Origin: Vicinamibacterales bacterium
GTDB lineage: Bacteria; Acidobacteriota; Vicinamibacteria; Vicinamibacterales; UBA8438
Assembly: GCA_965229825.1 (NCBI GenBank)
Contig: CBDDJQ010000011.1
Location: 460,487-524,486, forward strand
Length of the DNA stretch: 64,000 bases
Reading direction: 5' to 3'
The translations under genes were made by a program, and so were the position numbers. Below, in pieces: positions 1 through 9,400 of the stretch (position 1 is the stretch's first letter; each line of letters starts with the position of its first letter). Under the pieces are notes generated by a model. That model was given only the letters and a program-made list of their open reading frames with translations, did no database searches and had not been told where the DNA came from.

Positions 1-938
1 GTTTTCCGCGGGGTATTCCCCGCGGCCTCATTGAAGCAGCGCGCCGGGCGCCGACGCCCACACGTTCCCGAGGATGTGTTTTCCGCGGGGTATTCCCCGC
101 GGCCTCATTGAAGCGGACTGAACAGCTTGGCTTCCTCGCCGCACGTTCCGTAGTTTTCCGCGGGGTATTCCCCGCGGCCTCATTGAAGCAGCGGGGGCCA
201 GGCGCTCCGGCCGGTCGTCGAGCCAGGTTTTCCGCGGGGTATTCCCCGCGGCCTCATTGAAGCAACCAAGTCGCGAAGGTGAAGCGGGCCGCTGCGGAGT
301 GTTTTCCGCGGGGTCTTGACGGCGGTAAGGGGCGTCAGGTTGGGATTCCCCGCGGCCTCATTGAAGCAGCTTGACGGCGGTAAGGGGCGTCAGGTTGGGA
401 CCAGATGTTTTCCGCGGGGTATTCCCCGCGGCCTCATTGAAGCATCGAGGCGGCCGTCATGGGCTCGCTGGAGACGATGGTTTTCCGCGGGGTATTCCCC
501 GCGGCCTCATTGAAGCGTGGCGTGCGACGGCGGCGTTGACATGCTCGGCCCGTTTTCCGCGGGGTATTCCCCGCGGCCTCATTGAAGCGTGCGCCAGTCG
601 GGCGCGGCGATGAACACGATGCGGGTTTTCCGCGGGGTATTCCCCGCGGCCTCATTGAAGCGATGGCGGCTTGGGCGGCCGTTGCCCCTGCCGGTAGTGT
701 TTTCCGCGGGGTATTCCCCGCGGCCTCATTGAAGCGGATCTGGCGGCGGTAGAGAAGTGGCATGGCTTAGGTTTTCCGCGGGGTATTCCCCGCGGCCTCA
801 TTGAAGCCGCATCGTTCCCGGCTTCCTCCCAGCGGCCAGTGCGCGTTTTCCGCGGGGTATTCCCCGCGGCCTCATTGAAGCTCATCCGCAGGAATCTCTA
901 TCGGCGATCCGTCGCCTGTTTTCCGCGGGCGCGGAAGC
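1..938 (+). CRISPR. CRISPR array, 37-bp repeat GTTTTCCGCGGGGTATTCCCCGCGGCCTCATTGAAGC (type I-G/I-U-like), 12 spacers of 35-40 bp, probably truncated at the window start
   Basis: Repeat starts at 1, 78, 153, 227, 301 (interrupted), 407, 480, 552, 625, 699, 771, 845; degenerate terminal repeat 918-938. Internal hairpin CCGCGGGG-TATT-CCCCGCGG. The 3' ATTGAAGC end and the degenerate right-hand repeat imply + strand transcription with the leader upstream of the window. Confidence 0.98.
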
Positions 939-1200
939 GATGTGGCGGTCTCTTTTCGCCGGTAGGGGCAGCGTGGTGTTGCGGCTGCGGTGGTTCCGGC
1001 GCACAGGTGGGGGCGAGTCAGGCGTCGCGGGGAACGCGTTGCGGCGTTCGGGAACTGCAGCCTCGGAGGGGATTGACGATAATGCGGCGCGAGAGCGCGT
1101 AGTTCGATGACCTGTCCGGTGGTGGACGGCAGGCAGTACGGGGCGGTGGCGGCCACAGGCGCCCTCGTCGTAGTGGGGGTTGCTGGGAACGGGCGGCGGG

Positions 1201-1340
1201 CTATTCGTTCGAATGGTCGCCGCGCTCCTCGATGAGCGCTTCCAGCTCGGCGAGGGCGTCGAGGTCCTTCGGACGCCCCGCATAGTGGCCGCGAGACCGC
1301 CGACGATCACGCAGTCGATCCCGGAGCCGCTGAAGAGCGG
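1201..1340 (-). pseudogene. Internally deleted nucleotidyltransferase remnant (same family as 57247-57723)
   Basis: Minus strand reads GIDCVIVGGLAAT, then in a shifted frame AGRPKDLDALAELEALIEERGDHSNE*. These match the N-terminal (GVAYILVGGAAAT) and C-terminal (AGRVRDLEAVAELEALREERG) ends of the intact gene at 57247. Confidence 0.75.
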
Positions 1341-1543
1341 ATGATCGCCTTGAAGTCGGTCACCCGCTACGCTCCCGGGCAAGTGGCGTCCCCGACTCGG
1401 CCAATCGGGTATCATCGGAAACCGCTTCCCGAAATCGCAGCCGGCGCATGCACGCGATCCGCCGAGTTGGCGAGGGGTGGTCGGGCGGTGAGCGGCACCG
1501 CGACACGATGAGTTCCTGGCGGGTCAGGCTGAGGAGGGACGAC

Positions 1544-3034
1544 ATGACTCCAGCGACAAGGTGGGCGGCGGCGGTCGGGACAGCAATGTTCGTCATCGGG
1601 GTCGCGGCGGGGACGGGGCTGGCCCAGACCAGCCGTCTGGACCCGGACGGCAACGTCCGAGAGGACGCGTACATCCGGATTCCGCTGTCCGACGCGGATC
1701 AGCGCTACGCGTCGATCGACGGCGCGCGCATGAAGGGGCTCGTGCGCGAGGTCGCCGACATTTCCGTCGCCAACCGCGACGACCGGACGAAGTACTGGGG
1801 CCGGATAGCCGGCACCCGCGGCGAGGAGATGGCGCGCGAGTACGTCGAGGGGAAGTTTCGGGAGCTGGGGCTCGGTGACATCCGAAACCAGGAGTTCGAC
1901 CTGCCGACCCAGTGGTTCCCGGCCGGCTACGACGTCCGCGTCGAGGCGGGCGGCCATACCTACCGGTTCGACTCGGTGGTGCCGGCGCTGCGCTCGAACC
2001 CGACCGACGGCACGCTCGACCTCGAGGCGGTGTGGGTGGGCACCGGCTCCACCGCAGACTTCCACGGGCGGGACGTCGCCGGCAAGGCGGTCTTCATCCA
2101 CAGCATCCCCGCCCCCGGGTCGATGGGACACTCGGCCGGCGCGAGCTGGGAAGGGGCCATCCGGCGCGCGCAGGACCGGGGCGCCGCCGCCGTCGTCGTC
2201 ATCTACGGCATCTCGGACAACTTCACCATCTGGCAGGGCCTCGGCGGGGAGATCACCATTCCCGGCGCCTTCATGGGCTACCGGGACGGCAATATCGTCA
2301 AGGAGCTGATCGGCCGCGGCGAGGCGGTGCGGGTCGCGATGCGGGTCGACGTCGACTACCGGGACGGCCTGAAGACCTCCAGCGTCTTCGGGACGCTCCC
2401 GGGCACGACCGACGAGGACATCTACGTGCTCGCGCATCTCGACGGGTACTTCGAGGCGGCCCTCGACAACGCGTCCGGCATCTCGGTCATGCTGGCGCTG
2501 GCCGAGCACTTCGCGGCGCGGCCCGCGTCCGAGCGCCGGCGCAACCTCGTCTTCGTCGGCACCGCCGGCCATCACGTGGGGTCGCCAGGCTCGCGCTGGA
2601 TGCACGATCACCGCGAGACGGCGCTGGCCGACGCCGCGTTGATGATCAACTGCGAGCACGTCTCGGTGAAGCAGACCGTGTACTGGGGCCCCTCGATGCG
2701 GAAGACCGACATACCGTCTCCGCGCCGGTGGTGGGTGAACGGCAGCGACCGCCTGACGGACCTCGTCCTCGACGCGTACCGCACCTTTGGGGTGGCGGTC
2801 TGGGACCGCATGGAAGATCGGGCCGCCGGCGAGATGGGCAGCGTCGCGCGCGACCTGCCGTCGATCCAGATCATCCGGTCGCCCGAGATCAAGCACACCG
2901 ACCAGGACATTCCCGAGTGGGTGCCCGAGGCCGGCCTCGAGGCGGTGGCCCGCGCCTATGCCCGCATCATCGACGACGTGAACGAGCTCGACCGCACGGC
3001 CCTGCGGCCGGAGCCGACGACCGACGGTCAGTAG
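1544..3034 (+). CDS. Secreted M28-family metallopeptidase with PA domain
   Basis: RBS GAGGAGGGA before ATG 1544; signal peptide; GRIAGT.GE, AHLDG, ALDNASG, INCEH and HTDQD motifs; PA-like segment DVAGKAVFI. Confidence 0.8.
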   Translation: MTPATRWAAAVGTAMFVIGVAAGTGLAQTSRLDPDGNVREDAYIRIPLSDADQRYASIDGARMKGLVREVADISVANRDDRTKYWGRIAGTRGEEMAREYVEGKFRELGLGDIRNQEFDLPTQWFPAGYDVRVEAGGHTYRFDSVVPALRSNPTDGTLDLEAVWVGTGSTADFHGRDVAGKAVFIHSIPAPGSMGHSAGASWEGAIRRAQDRGAAAVVVIYGISDNFTIWQGLGGEITIPGAFMGYRDGNIVKELIGRGEAVRVAMRVDVDYRDGLKTSSVFGTLPGTTDEDIYVLAHLDGYFEAALDNASGISVMLALAEHFAARPASERRRNLVFVGTAGHHVGSPGSRWMHDHRETALADAALMINCEHVSVKQTVYWGPSMRKTDIPSPRRWWVNGSDRLTDLVLDAYRTFGVAVWDRMEDRAAGEMGSVARDLPSIQIIRSPEIKHTDQDIPEWVPEAGLEAVARAYARIIDDVNELDRTALRPEPTTDGQ

Positions 3035-3210
3035 GACGCTCCGGGACGATTCGAAGCTCGCGCAAGGAGCCCGTGGTGAAACCGCGGGGTTTTTCCCAGG
3101 GGTTCCCAGGGCTGCCAATGCCGCCGCGGATCGAGTTGAGAGATTGCGCCGGCGGAGGAATTCGCCGCCGCGGTCAGCGCGCTCATCTGGCCGAGTGGTA
3201 GTGGCATCAG

Positions 3211-4965
3211 ATGCTGACCAGGCTCGTCATCCGGAACTTCAAGCGCTTCGGCGAGGTCGAGATCGATCTCGGCAGTCCGGTGGTCTTCATCGGTCCCAAC
3301 AACTCGGGGAAGACCTCGGCCATGCAGGCGTTGGCGCTCTGGGACGTCGGTCTCAAGCGCTGGAACGAGAAGAGGGCCGGAAAGAGCACGCCGGAGAAGC
3401 GGCCCGGGGTGACCGTCAACCCGCGGGACCTCGTGGCGATTCCCATCCCCGACGCCAACCTGCTGTGGCGGGACCTGCACGTGCGGGACGTGCATCGCGT
3501 CGACGGCCGGCAACGCACCAGCAACGTCCGCATCGATCTCGTCGTCGAGGGCGTGACCCGCGGCCGGCGCTGGACGTGCGGGCTGGAGTTCGATTACGCG
3601 AACGAGGAGTCCTTCTACTGCCGGCCGCTTCGTCTGTCCGAGGACGGCACGGCGGGCCGCATGCCGGTGCCGGACGAGGCGGGAGACGCCCGGGTCGCCT
3701 TGCTGCCGCCGATGTCGGGGCTGGCCGCCACCGAGACGCGTCTCGATCAGGGCGCCGTCAACGTCCGCATCGGAGAGGGCCGCACGGCCGAGGTGCTGCG
3801 CAACCTCTGCTTCCGGATTCGCGAAGCGGAACCTTCACCCTGGAACGTGCTGGTCGACCACATCGGGAGCCTGTTCGGCGCGGAGCTGGACCCGCCGCGC
3901 TACGTTGCCGAGCGCGGCGAGATCGTGATGACCTACCGTGAACACGGCGCCAAGCTCGATCTGTCGTCATCCGGCCGGGGCCTGCAGCAGACGTTGCTCC
4001 TGCTGGCCTACATGTACGGGAATCCGGGCGCGGTGCTGCTTCTCGACGAGCCCGACGCGCACTTGGAGATTCTCCGCCAGCGCCAGATCTACCGACTGCT
4101 CACTGACGTGGCGCGCGAGACCGGCAGTCAGATCATCGCCGCCAGTCATTCCGAGGTGCTGCTGAACGAGGCGGCGGGCCGGGATCTGGTGGTGGCGTTC
4201 GTAGGCCGGCCCCATCGCATCGACGATCGCGGCAGCCAAGTCCTCAAAGCGCTGCGCGAGATCGGATTCGACCAGTACTACCAGGCGGAACAGACCGGTT
4301 GGGTGCTCTACCTGGAGGGGTCGACGGATTTGTCGATCCTCGTTGCCTTCGCCAAGCGACTGGGGCACGAACGCGCGCTCCGGGCTCTGGAGCGACCGTT
4401 CGTGCACTACGTGGGGAATCAGGCGCGGGCCGTCCAGAGCCACTACCACGGCCTGCGCGAAGCGCTTCCGACGCTCTGCGGGGTCGCCCTCTTCGATCGT
4501 CTCGGATCGGAGCAGCCCGACATCGCACCGGTCGAGTGTCTGATGTGGACGCGCCGGGAAATCGAGAACTACATCTGTACGCGGGCCGCGCTGGAAGCCT
4601 ACGCCACCGCGTCGGCGACGGACGCCGGTCCGGGGCCGCTGTTCACGGTGGCCGACGCCGACCGGCGCCTGCAGGCGATGCGCGAGTCCATCGACGAGAT
4701 AGAGTCGGCACTGAAGACGTTGGGCAAGGGGTCGCCCTGGGATGTCGATGTCAAGGCGAGCGACGAGTTTCTCGATCCGCTCTTCGAGTCGTACTTCAGA
4801 AAGCTCGGCCTGCCGAACCTGATGGCCAAGAAGAACTTCCACGAGCTGGCCCAACACGTGCCCGACAGCGAGATCGATCCCGAGATTCGCGAGAAGCTAG
4901 ATGCCATCGCGCGGGTCGCGGAGCGCGCGGCGCCCGCGGACGACGGCGAAACCGAATGGCCGTGA
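3211..4965 (+). CDS. ABC-type (AAA_15/AAA_21) ATPase fused to TOPRIM-like domain; OLD-family-like ATP-dependent nuclease
   Basis: IRNFKRF start, Walker A GPNNSGKT, signature SSSGRG, Walker B LLLDEPDAHL, H-loop ASHS; C-terminal LYLEGSTD...LFDR...RREIENY. Confidence 0.85.
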   Translation: MLTRLVIRNFKRFGEVEIDLGSPVVFIGPNNSGKTSAMQALALWDVGLKRWNEKRAGKSTPEKRPGVTVNPRDLVAIPIPDANLLWRDLHVRDVHRVDGRQRTSNVRIDLVVEGVTRGRRWTCGLEFDYANEESFYCRPLRLSEDGTAGRMPVPDEAGDARVALLPPMSGLAATETRLDQGAVNVRIGEGRTAEVLRNLCFRIREAEPSPWNVLVDHIGSLFGAELDPPRYVAERGEIVMTYREHGAKLDLSSSGRGLQQTLLLLAYMYGNPGAVLLLDEPDAHLEILRQRQIYRLLTDVARETGSQIIAASHSEVLLNEAAGRDLVVAFVGRPHRIDDRGSQVLKALREIGFDQYYQAEQTGWVLYLEGSTDLSILVAFAKRLGHERALRALERPFVHYVGNQARAVQSHYHGLREALPTLCGVALFDRLGSEQPDIAPVECLMWTRREIENYICTRAALEAYATASATDAGPGPLFTVADADRRLQAMRESIDEIESALKTLGKGSPWDVDVKASDEFLDPLFESYFRKLGLPNLMAKKNFHELAQHVPDSEIDPEIREKLDAIARVAERAAPADDGETEWP

Positions 4966-5122
4966 CCCGGCGGGCCGCGTGCTATCGTTTGGAGGCGCCG
5001 AAAGCGCGGACAGGCGGGAGCGGGGCGGGAGCGCACTATGAGGCGCAGGATCATCGCAGGTGTAACGACCGGGGCCATCGTCCCGATCGCCGCCCTCGGC
5101 TACGTCTCCGGGCCAGGGACAC

Positions 5123-6029
5123 GTGGATAGCGCGCGCATTGCGGTCATCGGCGCCAACAGCGCGGTCGGCGCGGCGTTGCTGGCGCAGGTCGCGGGCGGG
5201 GATACGCTGCACGCGGTCGCCGCGGCGCGGCGCCCGGAGGCGCTCGAGGGGCTGCCGCGGTCGCCGCGCATCACGCCCCGGGTCGTCGACTACGGCCGGT
5301 CCGACAGCCTGATTGCCGCGTTCGCCGGCGCCGGCGCCGTCGTGCATCTCGCGGGCATCCTCTTCGAGAGCCGGACGTCCGACTACCGGTCCGGCAACGT
5401 CGGCGTCACCCGCGCGGTGGTCGAGGCGGCGCAGGCGGCGGCGGTGCGCCACCTCGTCTTCGTCAGCTCGCTGGGCGCCGACCCGCGGTCGCCGAACGGC
5501 TACTTCCGTTCCAAGGGCGAGGCGGAGCGCATCGTGGCCGACTCGGGCATCGACGCCACGATCATCCGGACCCCGCTGCTGCTGGGTCCCGGCACGGCCG
5601 GCGGGCGTTCGCTGCTGCACGCCGCGTCGGGACCGTCGGCCCGCGTCCTCGGCGGCGGCGCCCATCGGCTGCGCCCGCTCGACGTCGACGATCTGTGCCG
5701 CGCCATCCTGGGGTGCTGCGAGCAGCCGGCCGCCGGGGTGCGGACCTGCGAGCTGGTCGGACCGACGGCCCTAACCCATCGCGAGCTGCTGGAGCGCACC
5801 GCGAGTTGCCTGGGCCGCGAGCTCTCGGTCCGCTCGACCCCGGTATGGCTGGCCAGACTGGGCGCCGGCCTGACCGGCCTCGTCCGCACGCGGCGGTCTG
5901 ACGCCGGCGGTGATCGACGTCATCACCTCCGACGAGGCCGCCGACCGGAATGCCGACGGCGAGCTGGGCATCCGCCTCACCCCGTTGTCCGATACCCTGG
6001 CCAAGCTATGTCAGACACCCCCGCGATGA
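5123..6029 (+). pseudogene. NAD(P)-dependent epimerase/dehydratase (atypical SDR), frameshifted near 5890 (real or sequencing error)
   Basis: Rossmann motif IAVIGANSAVG, VVHLAG, VSSLGA, YFRSKGEAE (YxxxK). The natural-looking C-terminus GGLTPAVIDVITSDE...LGIRLTPLSDTL lies in the +1 frame and ends at TGA 6027-6029, overlapping the next ATG. Confidence 0.7.
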
Positions 6030-7060
6030 CCTCCGCGTCAGAAACCGAGATCCGCGGCCGGCGAGCCCGCGTCCGCCGCGGCCGGAGACCGCGCCCGTCG
6101 CGTCCGGCGAGCCCCCCCCGGGGCCGCCCCCGACCCGCAGCCGGGCCGGCCGCGCTCGCCTTTCTGCTTCTGGGCGTCGTTTGCTTCGCCTACCTGTACA
6201 CCCGCCTGAACGGCGCGGCGGCGCGCGAGGGGCTGTCGCTCGTCGACTACATGTCGCGCGTCTTCGAGAACGTCCAGTGGGGGGCCTGGATCGCGCTGAT
6301 GGTCGCCTACTCAGGCTTCTATTTCCTTGTCGACACGCTGGTCGTGACCCGCGCCCTCAACTGGTTCGTCACCCCCATCCGCTACCGCGACATCCTGCCC
6401 ATCCGCGCCAGCGCCTACATCATCTCGGTCTTCAACGAGCAGATCGGCAAGGGCGCGATGGCCTACTACCTGAACCGGCGCTATCGCGTGCCGGGGTGGG
6501 AAGTGGGCTCGGTGATGCTGTTCGTGATGTTCTGCGAGGTGTTCTATCTGCTGTTCTGGGCGACCGTCGGCTATCTCGTCAGCGGATCCGCGCTGCCGCC
6601 GGCGTTCGCGGCGGTGCCGTGGCTCGCCCTGGGGGCGGTGCCGGTCTTCGCGGCGTGGGTGCTGTACTTCCGCGGCGCCATCCTGCCCGGCAGCCGCCTG
6701 CGGGATCAGCCGATCTTCCACGCGTTCAGAACCGCCGCCCTCCGGCACTACGCGCTGTTCCTGGTGCTGCGCTCGCCGGCCCTGCTGGCCGCGGTGGTCG
6801 TGTACACGACGGCGCTGAACCTGTTCGGCATCGACGTCTCCTTCCTGGCGCTGCTCGGCTACCTGCCGGTCGTCTTCTTCGCCGCCGCCGTTCCGACCCC
6901 GATGCGGGCCGCCGCGATCACGTTCTGGGTGGTGCTGTTCCCCGAGAACGAGGGGCAGATGGCCGCGTTCGGGTTCGTCCAGCACAACTTCTTCATCCTG
7001 TTCAACGCCCTCATCGGGGCCGCGTTCTGGCCGCGGGCGCAGCGCGAGCTGTTTGGCTAG
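6026..7060 (+). CDS. Polytopic membrane protein, lysylphosphatidylglycerol synthase TM/flippase-like
   Basis: ATGA overlap with the upstream stop; about 8 hydrophobic segments; sits in a lipid-modification neighbourhood. Confidence 0.6.
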   Translation: MTSASETEIRGRRARVRRGRRPRPSRPASPPRGRPRPAAGPAALAFLLLGVVCFAYLYTRLNGAAAREGLSLVDYMSRVFENVQWGAWIALMVAYSGFYFLVDTLVVTRALNWFVTPIRYRDILPIRASAYIISVFNEQIGKGAMAYYLNRRYRVPGWEVGSVMLFVMFCEVFYLLFWATVGYLVSGSALPPAFAAVPWLALGAVPVFAAWVLYFRGAILPGSRLRDQPIFHAFRTAALRHYALFLVLRSPALLAAVVVYTTALNLFGIDVSFLALLGYLPVVFFAAAVPTPMRAAAITFWVVLFPENEGQMAAFGFVQHNFFILFNALIGAAFWPRAQRELFG

Positions 7061-7064
7061 CGGT

Positions 7065-7160
7065 CATTCCTGCTGTGGCACCGAGCCGGGCGAGGGGGCC
7101 AGCGGGCCGTAAGGCGCCCGTCCGGCAAGGCGCGACGATGGGGCGTGCAGCGGGATTCCT
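7065..7160. repeat. Degenerate copy of the MITE family
   Basis: GCACCGAGCCGGGCGAGGGGGCCAGCGG...CAAGGCGCGACGATGGGGCGT aligns with the reverse complement of the internal part of the 36760-36983 element; follows CTAG at 7057-7060. Confidence 0.55.
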
Positions 7161-7405
7161 CCGCGGCGAGAGCCCTGTCCTTTTTTGGTGCAGGGCTGTC
7201 TTCTTTACGGTCCGGGCCGTCTTCCGGGGGATGACGCCGAGGATTCTCCTCGGCCGCTCATGAGGAGGCGGCTGCCTGGCATGGTCATTGCTGGATATCG
7301 ACACTGGTAGGGGATTTGCGTCGTGGATGGCGTCGAGTGCAGATCGAAAGTGCGGGTTGGCGACCAGCCGCGACCGTTCATGCGCGTTGGCTCTCAGGAG
7401 GCATC

Positions 7406-7975
7406 ATGCGAATTCTCTTCGTGCTCGTGGCCGTCGTGGTGACGGTCGGTCCGGCGACTGCGCAGCCTGCGGCCGCGATTGCCGTCGATGGTGGCTTCTC
7501 GTACTGGATGGATAGGGGATCGGATGAATGTGACGAGTGCACCTCGCTGATGCGGGAGTTCGGCGGCGAGGTCGCGATCTTTGCGACCGATTCGCTGGCC
7601 GTGCTCGCCGGTGTTGGACTGGGTTTCTTCAGCATCGACTTGTCGGAACAGGACCTTCGATTCAAGGCGGATTTCAGGGAGCTTACCGTCAGTTCCGGGT
7701 TGCGGTACTACGGGCCGCCGGGCCGGGCGCGGTTCTTCGGGGAGGTCGGGGTTGGCGTCGGCCGTTTGTCCAGCAAGGTCGAGCTGTTGGAGCTTCGGGA
7801 GTCCGTTTCGGTCAGGGTGCGCCACATCACGCCGGGTGTCGGTGTGGACATCGCCGTGAACGACAGGACGGCGGTGCGGATTTCCGGTAGCTGGGACATC
7901 GCACAGGCCGAGGGCACGACTCTCCAGAGCGTGGGCGTCGGCGCGGGGCTCGTCTTCAACGTCGGGCGGCGGTAG
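7406..7975 (+). CDS. Outer-membrane beta-barrel protein (OmpA-like 8-strand/porin family)
   Basis: RBS AGGAGG; signal peptide; alternating amphipathic strands; C-terminal GAGLVF. Confidence 0.7.
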   Translation: MRILFVLVAVVVTVGPATAQPAAAIAVDGGFSYWMDRGSDECDECTSLMREFGGEVAIFATDSLAVLAGVGLGFFSIDLSEQDLRFKADFRELTVSSGLRYYGPPGRARFFGEVGVGVGRLSSKVELLELRESVSVRVRHITPGVGVDIAVNDRTAVRISGSWDIAQAEGTTLQSVGVGAGLVFNVGRR

Positions 7976-7990
7976 GAGGCGAGTGGCGGC

Positions 7991-8527
7991 ATGGCCCACC
8001 TGCTGACCGCGTTACGGCTGGGGCTGGCCCTGCCGCTGGCCCTCGCCTTCGCGCGGCCGGACTTCCTGGGCGCCGGCCTCGTTGCGGTGCTCCTGGCCGT
8101 AGCTCTCGCCAGCGATTATGCCGACGGGGTCGTCGCCCGCCGCCGGGGCACGGCGTCCGCCGCCGGCCAACTGTTCGACCACGGGACGGACTGCCTCTTC
8201 GTGACGGCCGGGCTCACCGGGGCCGCGCTCGCCGACCGGGTCCCGCTCGTGCTGCCGTTCCTGATCGCGGTCGCGTTCGGCCAGTACGTCTTCGATTCCT
8301 ACCTGGTGCACCGGCAGAAACGGCTGCGCATGAGCACCATCGGGCGGTGGAACGGCATCGGCTACTTCGTCCCGCTCGTCGTGATCGCGGCGGCGCGGTT
8401 GGAGGCTGTGCCGGGCCTGACGGCGACGCTGCTGCTGGGTGCCCGCCTGACCGCGTACGTGCTGGTCGTTTCGACCATCGTCTCCATCGTCGACCGCGCG
8501 ACCGCCGCCCGCGTGGCGCGCCGGTAG
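7991..8527 (+). CDS. CDP-alcohol phosphatidyltransferase
   Basis: Signature DYADGVVARRRGTASAAGQLFDHGTD (DxxDGxxAR...GxxxDxxxD); RBS AGGAGG. Confidence 0.9.
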   Translation: MAHLLTALRLGLALPLALAFARPDFLGAGLVAVLLAVALASDYADGVVARRRGTASAAGQLFDHGTDCLFVTAGLTGAALADRVPLVLPFLIAVAFGQYVFDSYLVHRQKRLRMSTIGRWNGIGYFVPLVVIAAARLEAVPGLTATLLLGARLTAYVLVVSTIVSIVDRATAARVARR

Positions 8528-8569
8528 TTGCCTCCGATTCCGCAGCCCGTCGCATCTGCCGTGCGTCTC

Positions 8570-8680
8570 GATCCTGTAACGGCGTGCCAGGGGGTGGCCG
8601 GCCGGTGCCGGCTTGTTGCGTCGTGGATCCTGTAACGGCGTGCCAGGGGGTGGCCGGCCGGTGCCGGCTTGTTGCGTCGT
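8570..8680. repeat. Tandem duplication, 55-bp unit, period 56
   Basis: GATCCTGTAACGGCGTGCCAGGGGGTGGCCGGCCGGTGCCGGCTTGTTGCGTCGT at 8570-8624 and 8626-8680. Confidence 0.95.
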
Positions 8681-8714
8681 CGACATGCAAAGTGCATGCA
8701 TGTACCATGAGTGC

Positions 8715-8942
8715 ATGCCAACGCTCCAGGTACGGAACGTTCCCATGGAAATCCACCGAGTCCTCAAGGCGAAGGCGGCCATCGAGGGAGCATCCTTGTC
8801 CGATTTCGTGCTCGCCGAGTTGGAGAAGCTGGCGATGCGACCGACCCCGCGCGAGCTTCGTGAGCGCCTACGGACGAGAGAGCCGGTCCATCTGGACCCG
8901 CCCGCGGCTCGGGTCATCCGCCAGCTGCGCGAGCGCGAATAG
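8715..8942 (+). CDS. FitA-like ribbon-helix-helix antitoxin
   Basis: MPTLQVRNVPMEIHRVLKAKAAIEGASLSDFV, directly upstream of a PIN toxin. Confidence 0.85.
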   Translation: MPTLQVRNVPMEIHRVLKAKAAIEGASLSDFVLAELEKLAMRPTPRELRERLRTREPVHLDPPAARVIRQLRERE

Positions 8943-8970
8943 CCCGTCCGCCATCGCCGACTCGATTGCC

Positions 8971-9363
8971 ATGGTGGTCGCGGATGCCTCTGCAGTCGTT
9001 GAGATGCTCATGGCGACGCCGAGCGGGTTCGCCATCCAGCAGTACCTGTTCGGGCTTGGAAGACCTGTCGCGGCGCCCCACCTGCTCGATGTCGAGGTGC
9101 TTCAGGTGATTCGGCGGTTCAACCGGACGAAGCGGCTGACGGCCGCTCGATCCGAACAGGCGCTGGCGGACCTCGGCGCGCTCGCGATCACGCGCTACGG
9201 TCACGAGCTGCTGCGTCCTGCGATATGGCGGCTGCGAAACGCCCTGACCGCGTACGACGCCGCGTACGTGGCCCTGGCCGAGGTCCTCGACGCGCCGGTT
9301 GTCACCTGTGACGCCAAGCTGGCGCGGTCGAGTGGCCACGCCGTTGTCTTCCGACTCTTCTGA
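8971..9363 (+). CDS. vapC: PIN-domain (VapC) toxin
   Basis: MVVADASAVVE...APHLLDVEVLQV...LTAYDAAYVALAE...VVTCDAKL; acidic PIN residues conserved. Confidence 0.92.
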   Translation: MVVADASAVVEMLMATPSGFAIQQYLFGLGRPVAAPHLLDVEVLQVIRRFNRTKRLTAARSEQALADLGALAITRYGHELLRPAIWRLRNALTAYDAAYVALAEVLDAPVVTCDAKLARSSGHAVVFRLF

Positions 9364-9400
9364 ACTGGGGTACGTCGGAGTTGTCGGATGCGACGGTGGT

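Noticed and set aside
316-1156. Several ORFs across the CRISPR array
   Set aside because: They are translations of repeats and spacers, not genes.
940-1195. Possible structured RNA or tracrRNA-like element after the array
   Set aside because: No anti-repeat complementarity or recognisable tRNA/ncRNA signature found by eye; type I systems do not need a tracrRNA.
1412-3201. Long antisense and alternate-frame ORFs (568 and 429 aa here, similar ones throughout such as 17881-20661 and 29221-32097)
   Set aside because: Shadow ORFs expected in high-GC coding DNA; Arg/Pro/Gly-rich or antisense to well-supported genes.
5123-7060. 645-aa epimerase-membrane protein fusion
   Set aside because: Better explained as two genes joined by a frameshift near 5890.
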